DNA of 25,738 nucleotides. Origin: a virus (taxonomy: Duplodnaviria > Caudoviricetes). Under the pieces are notes generated by a model. The model did no database searches, had not been told where the DNA came from, and was given only the letters and a program-made list of their open reading frames with translations. Shown here in pieces: positions 9,434 through 16,302 of this stretch. Positions within the stretch are counted from its first letter, which is position 1. The number at the start of each line of letters is the position of its first letter. Where the stretch lies: positions 1 through 25,738 of the IMG/VR virus record IMGVR_UViG_3300025270_001884. The stretch is one strand, 5' to 3'. Position numbers and translations under genes: made by a program.

Positions 9434-12400
9434 GCACCTTGCCTTTCGATGACCAGGAAGGCAATGAGTTCGAAGTCATCCAGCCCTTTAATGGTATTGG
9501 TCAGAGCCGTGGTGCGGCCGCCACCGAACAAGCTGTCGATGTCTTTTTCGTCTTTCACGTCGATCATGCTGCGGATGGCCAGGCTGAGTAAGTCGGAGTA
9601 ACGATTCATGTTACGCCCGTCATCCGTTTGCGCATTGAACTGGTGGCACAGGTCGGGAATCGGTTCTACTTTGCCTTTGCAGCTGCTACGGACCAGATCG
9701 AGCAAGCGTTTGACTTCGGTGTGGTCTGCGACCACCTCACCGTCGTCGCCAATATACACCAGATAATAGGGGTGCAGGCGATTCTGCTGGTTGACGTTGA
9801 CACTGTCGTGGACGTTTTTCAGGGCGAAGATCACGCCGGGCTCTATGCCCAGCTGAGGTTGGGCTGGCACGAGCGCATGCATACCAAAGGGCACGTTTTC
9901 CAGCTCGCCGTGCTCTTTCACGTAGTTGAGCAGGTCCATGCGGAAGTCATTGAGGCCGAGGTCGGTAATCGATACTCCGGCTTTGACGTCTTCCAGTTCG
10001 ATCACCTCATCCTGCATGCGCTTTAGCTGCTCTTTCCGGTAAGCAATTTCACTGGACTTGGCCGTGAGCACGTTGTCGTCACCGGTGGCGGTTACATCCG
10101 CAATCACCATGCGGTTTTCTACCCGCTCCTTCAGATTGATGTACTCGTCCAGGCTGATGTCCGGCCAATAATTGACCAGCTGTATCTGTTGGTTGGGCGA
10201 GCCGATGCGGTCAATCCGGCCAAAGCGCTGAATAATGCGCACGGGGTTCCAGTGAATGTCGTAGTTGATCAGGTAATCGCAGTCCTGAAGGTTCTGGCCT
10301 TCGGAAATGCAGTCGGTACCAATCAGAATATCCAGTTCAGCCGGCTCGTTCGGGAGTGCGATAGCCTTCTCCTTGGAGCGGGGCGAGAACAGAGTGAGCA
10401 GGCTCTGGAAATCGTAAGCCTTGTGCAGCGTTGACTTGGGCGCGGCCGAGCCAGTCACTTTACCAACGTGAAGCCCCAATTTCCGGGCTATGGGTGCCAG
10501 ATTGTCATAGAGGTAGTCGGCGGTATCGGCAAAGGCGGTGAAGATAAGAACTTTGCGGTTGCCAGGGTTGAGTGGGTTTTCAAGCTTTCCATTGATCAGT
10601 TTTAGCAGGTGTTGGAGCTTGGCATCATCGGCCGGCGTCACTTTGCGCATGGCTTCCAGCAACCCGTCGATCAGGAGTAGGTCGGCGTCCAGGTCATGAC
10701 GCCATGAGGGCAGATCCATGTCGGCAAGACTGATCTGTACTTTTTTGCCAACAGTGAATTCGTCCAGCCCGCTCAAATCTTCGTCATCACTATCAAAGCC
10801 GCCCGGGTTATCCAGGTAGTCACCAATTTGAATCGCCTGGCCACTGGATTCAAACCCCTCTATAGCATCCAGGGTGCGTGTGATATTAGCTCTGAGGGAT
10901 GCCAGCGTTAATCGAAAGGCTGCGACAGAGCTTTCCAGTCGCTTAAGCAGGTTGGTGGTCATCAGCGCCTGCAGGCTGTGCTCTCGGTCAGCTTGGCGCA
11001 GCTTGCCTTTACCACCCTCGACCTGGGTATCGTACAGTTCTTCGTATTTTCGGATACGACTTGGCAGGATGTAGCTGATGGGCGCATACACGGCCAGTTT
11101 GAGCAAGGATAGCTCGGTGAAGATATGGTTGAGGTCGGCGACATCCGTACGCTCAGTAATCGGGCAATGGAACGACAGGGGCTTACGCCGTTCGGGAAAA
11201 GGCCCAATATCCGTGGTGTCGTAGAAGGTTTGGATGTGCTTCCGTGACCGGGCAATGGTTACGCTATCCAGGAGCTCGAAAAAGTCGAAATCCAGCGCCC
11301 GAAGGATTGAGGCTGCTGTGCGCTCTTCTGGTGGCAGTTCGGACCATTCGTTAAAGGCCTTTTGAGCCCGCCGGAAGATCTCTTCGACGCTGGTTTCAGT
11401 TTTCAGGTGTTTGCCAAGTGTTTCCGATTGTCCCTCGTATGCCAACGCCAGTTGATTACGCAGATCGTTGAAGCGATTGTTGACCGGGGTGGCCGACAGC
11501 ATCAGTACTTTGGTTTTTACACCGGCGCGGATGACTTTGTTCATCAGCTTCTGGTATCGCGTTTCTCGGTCTTTATAAACGTCGTTATTGCGGAAGTTGT
11601 GGGACTCGTCGATGACGACCAGGTCGTAGTTGCCCCAGTTGACTCGGTTCAGGGGAATGCCAAAGGATTCCCCGCCAGTGCGCGACAGGTCGGTGTGGCA
11701 AAGCACATCGTAGTTGAAACGGTCTTTGGCGAAGATGTTCGTCGTGAGATTGCTGTTGAAGTTGCGCCAGTTGTCCGCGAGCTTCTTTGGGCACAGTACC
11801 AGTACCGATTTGTTGCGGAGCTCGTAATATTTGACCACGGCCAATGCGGTAAAGGTTTTGCCGAGCCCCACACTGTCAGCAAGGATGCAGCCGCTGTAGG
11901 TTTCCAGCTTGTTGATGATCCCGGTTGCGGCATCTTTCTGGTAGTTGAACAGTTTGTTCCAGACCAGGCTTTCCCGGTATCCCGTGAGGTCGTTGGGCAA
12001 TACATCTTCATCTACATCTTCCAGGAAGTCATGGAAGATGTTGTAGAGCATGATGAAGTAGATCCGTTCCGGCGAATTTTCCTGATACACCGATTCAATG
12101 TGGTCACAGATAGCGCTGGTGACGTCCTCGACCTTGGACGGATCATTCCAGATCTGGTCAAACAGTTGAAGATACATTTGCGCGTGGGGCTGTTCATCCA
12201 TGCGCGTTACGAAGTTGGATACCGCGTTGCCTTGCTGGTAGCCAAGATCGACGGCTGTAAAGCCGTTGACTGGCATGTAAGCCGTAGCGCCCTCGCTGCC
12301 GGCCACATGCATGAAAGACTGCATGGGCGCCTTGGTTTTGTTGGAGCGGAACTGGGCTTTATGGCGAATCCACTCAGCGCACTCCCGGGCTACGGCTCTT

Positions 12401-12702
12401 TGGGTGAGCTTATTACGTAGCTGTATCTCGAACTCGGTGCCGTACAGGCCGCTCTCGCGCTGCGCTTTGGGGATAAAGAATTCCCGACGCTCCTTCTTAA
12501 GCCGATCTGTGACTTCGTTGGGCACGAACGTGGGAGCTGTAAACACGAACTGGACACTCTCAACCTTGGCTAACTCAGCCTTGAGAGCTTCAAATGCGTA
12601 GATGGAGAAACAGGAAGCCGCAATTTTCAGGCGCGTGCCGGGCTCAATAGTTTCCTTGAGATCATCACCCAGCAGGCGATTGATATTGTCGATCATCTCC
12701 AA
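9430..12702 (-). CDS. SNF2-related (SF2) helicase associated with type III RM cluster
   Basis: ILADSVGLGKT, VVIDESHNFRN, MLSATPVNN, TDCISEGQNLQD and QRFGRIDRIGS motifs. Probable start is TTG at 12702 (MEMIDNINRLLGDD) behind SD GGGAGG rather than the ORF-track start at 12723. Confidence 0.88.
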   Translation of the reverse strand: MEMIDNINRLLGDDLKETIEPGTRLKIAASCFSIYAFEALKAELAKVESVQFVFTAPTFVPNEVTDRLKKERREFFIPKAQRESGLYGTEFEIQLRNKLTQRAVARECAEWIRHKAQFRSNKTKAPMQSFMHVAGSEGATAYMPVNGFTAVDLGYQQGNAVSNFVTRMDEQPHAQMYLQLFDQIWNDPSKVEDVTSAICDHIESVYQENSPERIYFIMLYNIFHDFLEDVDEDVLPNDLTGYRESLVWNKLFNYQKDAATGIINKLETYSGCILADSVGLGKTFTALAVVKYYELRNKSVLVLCPKKLADNWRNFNSNLTTNIFAKDRFNYDVLCHTDLSRTGGESFGIPLNRVNWGNYDLVVIDESHNFRNNDVYKDRETRYQKLMNKVIRAGVKTKVLMLSATPVNNRFNDLRNQLALAYEGQSETLGKHLKTETSVEEIFRRAQKAFNEWSELPPEERTAASILRALDFDFFELLDSVTIARSRKHIQTFYDTTDIGPFPERRKPLSFHCPITERTDVADLNHIFTELSLLKLAVYAPISYILPSRIRKYEELYDTQVEGGKGKLRQADREHSLQALMTTNLLKRLESSVAAFRLTLASLRANITRTLDAIEGFESSGQAIQIGDYLDNPGGFDSDDEDLSGLDEFTVGKKVQISLADMDLPSWRHDLDADLLLIDGLLEAMRKVTPADDAKLQHLLKLINGKLENPLNPGNRKVLIFTAFADTADYLYDNLAPIARKLGLHVGKVTGSAAPKSTLHKAYDFQSLLTLFSPRSKEKAIALPNEPAELDILIGTDCISEGQNLQDCDYLINYDIHWNPVRIIQRFGRIDRIGSPNQQIQLVNYWPDISLDEYINLKERVENRMVIADVTATGDDNVLTAKSSEIAYRKEQLKRMQDEVIELEDVKAGVSITDLGLNDFRMDLLNYVKEHGELENVPFGMHALVPAQPQLGIEPGVIFALKNVHDSVNVNQQNRLHPYYLVYIGDDGEVVADHTEVKRLLDLVRSSCKGKVEPIPDLCHQFNAQTDDGRNMNRYSDLLSLAIRSMIDVKDEKDIDSLFGGGRTTALTNTIKGLDDFELIAFLVIERQGA

Positions 12703-12815
12703 AATCTGCCCTCCCGTGGGCATGCCAGCCTGGCTTACAATCCAACGTGATGGCGCTGTGGTGTCACATGGTTACGGTGGCTGAATTAGGCTAGTGAGGT
12801 GTATCGCCTCGTTGC

Positions 12816-12862
12816 TGTAGCGCGTCGCTCACAATGAGACGCCGCGCCAGTAGGTATGAAAC
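12816..12862. repeat. Candidate prophage right end: TGT followed by two imperfect 22-bp tandem repeats (putative transposase binding sites)
   Basis: TGT at 12816, then AGCGCGTCGCTCACAATGAGAC (12819-12840) and GCCGCGCCAGTAGGTATGAAAC (12841-12862), identical at 12/22 (CGCG...ATGA(G/A)AC). The minus strand ends ...GCGCTACA. Confidence 0.5.
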
Positions 12863-12878
12863 ATGAATTTAGCGGCGC

Positions 12879-13919
12879 TTAATGATCCTTTACTGACCGC
12901 TTAAATACCACCCCGCCCAGTATCCGCTTCCGCAAATTTTCACTATCTGCATGCCCAGCATGGGCCACCCACGACGAGATCCGCTGCCGGATATAATCGG
13001 GCCCGATTTGACCCTTGGCATACTGGCGCTCCATGCGCCGCATAGTACGCTTGATGCGTCGGATTGAATCCTTCCTCAGCAGTCGCTTGTGGGGCCAGAT
13101 GCGGTACCCCAGGAAGTTCACGCCTCGGTCGGCTGGCAGCACGCTGGCCTTGCTGAACCGCATGCCCATGCTGTCCAGCTTGTCGTCGAACGCTTGGCGC
13201 AGCTCCAGGGCCTCTTCTTTCGTGCGCACCAGCACCACCATGTCATCCATATACCGCGCATAACGGCATAGGCGCAGCTCTCGCTTGGCCCACTGGTCGA
13301 TGCGATTGCCCACCAGGTTGGCAATCCACTGGCTGGTCAGGTTGCCCACGGGGATGCCTACAGGGTCAGGGTCCGCTGGGTCAGCAGTGCTGTCTATGAT
13401 TGCGTCCAGAAGCCTCAGAGTTGCGGTGCAGCGGATGCGATCGCGGATGACAGCCTTGGCCAGGTCGTGGCGGATGGAGAAGAAATACTTGCTGACATCC
13501 ATTTTCAGCACCCAGGTATCGCCCGTCGCCACCATGCCGCGCAGCCACTTCTCAACCCTATTGGCGCCCACATGAGTACCTTTGCCGGGCCGGCAGGCAT
13601 AGTTATCAAAGATCATGGCCTGGTCCCAGATCGGCCCGCAGATGTTGCAGATTGCGTGCTGTGCCACCCGGTCTCGATAAGGGGCGGCAAGTATTTCCCG
13701 CCGCTTCGGCTCGTAGACGACAAAGGAGCGGTACCGGCCAGGCTGATACGTGCCCCACAGCAACTCCATCTGGAGCCGGCCCAGCTCCTCCCACAGATTC
13801 GCCTCAAAGGCGGCCACGCCCAGGCGGTCGCGCTTGCCGCGTCTCGCCTGGCGGTGAGCGCTCAGCAGGTTGTCCCAGTCAATAATCTGCTCAATCAGGT
13901 TGTTTGCTTTTCGTGCCAT
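12879..13919 (-). CDS. DGR reverse transcriptase (bRT-like)
   Basis: YEPKRREILAAPYRDRVAQHA, YACRPGKGTH, LKMDVSKYFFSI, DGR-type GIPVGNLTSQ, catalytic YMDD, GVNFLGYRIW and C-terminal SWVAHAGHADS. 346 aa with no maturase or endonuclease domain. Adjacent to TR and avd. Confidence 0.96.
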   Translation of the reverse strand: MARKANNLIEQIIDWDNLLSAHRQARRGKRDRLGVAAFEANLWEELGRLQMELLWGTYQPGRYRSFVVYEPKRREILAAPYRDRVAQHAICNICGPIWDQAMIFDNYACRPGKGTHVGANRVEKWLRGMVATGDTWVLKMDVSKYFFSIRHDLAKAVIRDRIRCTATLRLLDAIIDSTADPADPDPVGIPVGNLTSQWIANLVGNRIDQWAKRELRLCRYARYMDDMVVLVRTKEEALELRQAFDDKLDSMGMRFSKASVLPADRGVNFLGYRIWPHKRLLRKDSIRRIKRTMRRMERQYAKGQIGPDYIRQRISSWVAHAGHADSENLRKRILGGVVFKRSVKDH

Positions 13920-14102
13920 CGGATATCCATTCGGTTTGAGGAGGGACGACCGGGCGGGACTTTCGCCAGCGGCTATTCGCGCCGCCCGGGCTATCGTGTT
14001 CGGCCCGCAGAGTGCGGGACCGGGATAGATCGGCTGACCCCCTGTGATGGGATCTCAGGTGACGGCAACACCGTTGCCGCCCTCTCTGGTTGCCTTGTGG
14101 TG
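13920..14102 (-). ncRNA. DGR RNA spacer (structured region between TR and RT)
   Basis: Contains inverted repeats CCGGGCGG/CCGCCCGG (13950-13957/13982-13989), CCCGCA-gag-TGCGGG (14004-14018) and CGGCAAC-acc-GTTGCCG (14063-14079). Segment 14022-14033 is complementary to the sequence 5' of TR. Position equals the BPP-1 spacer. Confidence 0.7.
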
Positions 14103-14241
14103 GTCACAGACGCAGCGCAGCCCGACATTGCCATTCGCGTTCCACGGATTCGCGTTGGAGTTCAGGCAGCGGGCGCCACAGCGGTCGCCGTTGTCGAAGT
14201 TGCCGCCGCCGATGAACGCACGCCAGGCAGCGTGGTTCACC
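14103..14241 (-). repeat. DGR template repeat (TR)
   Basis: 139-bp ungapped match to 14649-14787 (offset 546) with 10 mismatches, all at TR adenines on the coding strand. Read in the VR frame it has 9 AAC/AAT codons and 23 A in total. Confidence 0.97.
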
Positions 14242-14280
14242 GCACCGCGCGTCGAAACCCGACCTACCCCTTAAAGCAGG

Positions 14281-14643
14281 TCAGGCGCCTAGGCGCTGAC
14301 GCCAGGCACCAATCATTGCGCCGATCTCGGATAGCTGCTTACTGGCATCGGCAACTCGCTGGATACCCAGCAGCTTACGCTCTGCCGCATGACGCAGCAG
14401 AGCGTGAAGGTATCGGACTTGCTCATCTGCGCGATACACCTTGCTTTTCTGGTTACTCATGGCGGCCTCGATCAGACGCCGCACCAACTCCCACAGCTCG
14501 TCCTCCAGTCGGATAGCGTAGCGGTAGCGCTGGTGTTTCGGGATCTTGTCGATGTGCGGCGCAAGGTCGACGATCAACCGCTCGGCTTTGTTAACGATAA
14601 CTAGGCCCCGCTGTCGCGGGGCTATTTCAGGCTTCGTGCTCAC
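14281..14643 (-). CDS. avd: DGR accessory variability determinant (Avd, four-helix bundle)
   Basis: 120-aa basic helical protein with LVIVNK, IPKHQRY and C-terminal LSEIGAMIGAW matching the Avd E(I/V)GxxxGxW pattern. Lies between target gene and TR. GTGA overlap with the target stop. Confidence 0.9.
   Translation of the reverse strand: MSTKPEIAPRQRGLVIVNKAERLIVDLAPHIDKIPKHQRYRYAIRLEDELWELVRRLIEAAMSNQKSKVYRADEQVRYLHALLRHAAERKLLGIQRVADASKQLSEIGAMIGAWRQRLGA
14605..14622 (-). promoter_or_regulatory. DGR target-recognition hairpin/cruciform downstream of VR
   Basis: Minus strand GCCCCGC-GACA-GCGGGGC: perfect 7-bp all-GC stem with a GRNA-type 4-nt loop, 17 nt after the target stop codon, inside the avd ORF. 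Confidence 0.8.
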
Positions 14644-15680
14644 AGGGCGTCACAGACGCAGCGCAGCCCGACATTGCCATTCGCGCTCCACGGAGCCGCG
14701 CTGGAGTGCAGGCAGCGGGCGCCACAGCGGGCGCCGTCGTCGAAGTGGCCGCCGCCGAGGAACGCACGCCAGGCAGCGTGGCTCACCTGGCCGCGCGGAA
14801 TCGCCGAATCCTTACCGACATTCACCACCGATGCAGTCCAGACGTATGAGCCACCCAGATCATGGTGATTATCCAGCCAGTCCCACAGATTCCCGGCCGC
14901 ATCAACCACGTTGAACATGGAGACCGCCTTGGCAACGGCGCCGGTGGTGGTCGGGCCGGTGTTGCTGGTCGCTGACCACGCGGTGTCGTTGTTGGCATCG
15001 TTGCCCTGGGGCGCGCCTTCAGCGTAGGTCAGGAACTCCTCAACAGTCGGCAGGCGCTTGCCGGCATTGCGGGCCAGCAAATGGAAGTCTGAACGGGCGT
15101 AGATGTCATCCTTGATCGGGGCTATGCCGTAGCGGCTCACCGGGATGTTTTCCGGCCAGGTGCCGCTGCCCTCGCTGTTCAGATAGATGTCCACCCACAG
15201 CTTGCCGGGAACCACTTCAACCATCCCGGTGGGGTCGCACGTCGGGCGGTGCTTCAGATCCCAGACCGAATTGGGCACGATCTGCACGGCCGGGTCATAG
15301 GCCGTGTCGTAGCGGTTTGCCACCGAGCGCACGCGGCCGTAATGAAATCCGCCGATTTTTCGGGAGTTGGCGCTGGTGTAGCCGCCCGGGACCGCGATAT
15401 TGGTGCTGGCAATCAGCCCGGCAACGCCATCATCATTCTGCACCGCATACAGATACACGTCATCGCCCACCGCGAGGGCGTCCAGGGAGCCGTCCTGGTT
15501 GGCTGCAGCGGTCGGGTCCCAGTCGGTCACCGAGTTCAGGACATAGCCCTTGCCGTTTCCACCGATGTTCAGGACGCCCTCCGGGAAGTCCAGGCGCATA
15601 GCGCCGGACGCCTCAATAGAACCCATCATTTCATAGTGGCCCGCACCTTCGGCGGAGATTGCATACGACCGCTGAACCAT
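14640..15680 (-). CDS. DGR target protein: Mtd-like receptor-binding protein with C-terminal C-type lectin (FGE-type) fold
   Basis: Segments GYTSANSRKIGGFHYG, NSVWDLKHRP..DPTGM, LWVDIYL, GKRLPTVEEF, VVDAAGNLWDW and terminal GLRCVCD parallel Bordetella phage BPP-1 Mtd as recalled. Carries VR at its C-terminus and follows the baseplate/tail-fibre genes. Confidence 0.9.
   Translation of the reverse strand: MVQRSYAISAEGAGHYEMMGSIEASGAMRLDFPEGVLNIGGNGKGYVLNSVTDWDPTAAANQDGSLDALAVGDDVYLYAVQNDDGVAGLIASTNIAVPGGYTSANSRKIGGFHYGRVRSVANRYDTAYDPAVQIVPNSVWDLKHRPTCDPTGMVEVVPGKLWVDIYLNSEGSGTWPENIPVSRYGIAPIKDDIYARSDFHLLARNAGKRLPTVEEFLTYAEGAPQGNDANNDTAWSATSNTGPTTTGAVAKAVSMFNVVDAAGNLWDWLDNHHDLGGSYVWTASVVNVGKDSAIPRGQVSHAAWRAFLGGGHFDDGARCGARCLHSSAAPWSANGNVGLRCVCDAL
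14649..14787 (-). repeat. DGR variable repeat (VR) at 3' end of the Mtd-like gene, including the invariant IMH-like 3' segment
   Basis: Differs from TR at 14686, 14695, 14696, 14701, 14708, 14731, 14738, 14747, 14759 and 14782. The 3' 37 bp (...GTCGGGCTGCGCTGCGTCTGTGAC) are identical to TR. Confidence 0.97.
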
Positions 15681-16030
15681 CAGACGCCCTCCAGATCAGT
15701 AATTGCTTGTTCGACATCCTGCACCGTGTAACCCAGTCGGAAGATTTCCGCCTGCGGGCTCTCGGTACGCTTCATTTGCACACGCCGGGTTTCGCCGGTG
15801 TCGTCGTCTTCCACCTCCAGCACCCGGAATTCCGGCATATCGCCGTCCGGCGCTTCGCCGTCTGCCAGATCGCGGTCATAGACGTAGGTGTATCGACCGG
15901 ACAGAAGTCCCTGCCAGTGTTGCTTAAGCGTGGCCACGCCCTGGGGGCGGATCTCGCCCTGGACGGCCAGGCTTTGCATCAAGTCATAATCGGCCCGCGT
16001 GCGCAGACCATATCGGGGTACACCCTGCAT
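15680..16030 (-). CDS. Hypothetical phage tail-region protein (116 aa), possible adaptor/chaperone
   Basis: Starts right after the upstream stop with a GGAGG SD, and its TGA overlaps the target ATG (TGATG). No recognised motif. Confidence 0.7.
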   Translation of the reverse strand: MQGVPRYGLRTRADYDLMQSLAVQGEIRPQGVATLKQHWQGLLSGRYTYVYDRDLADGEAPDGDMPEFRVLEVEDDDTGETRRVQMKRTESPQAEIFRLGYTVQDVEQAITDLEGV

Positions 16031-16300
16031 TTATGCCTCCTCCACTGTGATTACTGATACGCCGCTGACACGGCCGATGGCGCGCCTGGCAGCAATTGCG
16101 TTGATTGCAGCCGCAAGCTGCGCCTCATCGTCAATGCTGGGCTCAATGCCGGCATCGGTGAGCACGTTCAGCAGCTCGCGCTGCAGCATGTTGAAATACT
16201 CGGCTTTCATGGGCGTCGGGCGCACATTGGTAGCCGCATTACCTGGACGCCACTCGCCGTCAACGGTCGTCCTCTCGGTGAACTGTCCCACCTTCTCCAT
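16031..16300 (-). CDS. Short (89 aa) tail-fibre N-terminal baseplate-anchor-like protein
   Basis: ATG at 16300 with AGGAGG SD, 2 nt after the gp48-like stop. GNAATNVRPTPMKAEYFNMLQRELLNVLTDAGIEP...QLAAAI matches the conserved N-terminus of Mu-type tail fibres, but the ORF stops right after it. Confidence 0.72.
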   Translation of the reverse strand: MEKVGQFTERTTVDGEWRPGNAATNVRPTPMKAEYFNMLQRELLNVLTDAGIEPSIDDEAQLAAAINAIAARRAIGRVSGVSVITVEEA

Positions 16301-16302
16301 CG

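Noticed and set aside
12879-13919. RT as group II intron, retron or Abi RT
   Set aside because: It has the GNLTSQ motif, no maturase/endonuclease domain and no retron VTG motif, and it is flanked by avd and an adenine-specific TR/VR pair.
14055-14240. 61-aa minus-strand ORF resembling the target C-terminus
   Set aside because: It is the TR read in the VR frame. Its openness follows from TR/VR identity and it has no clear SD, so it is treated as non-coding template.
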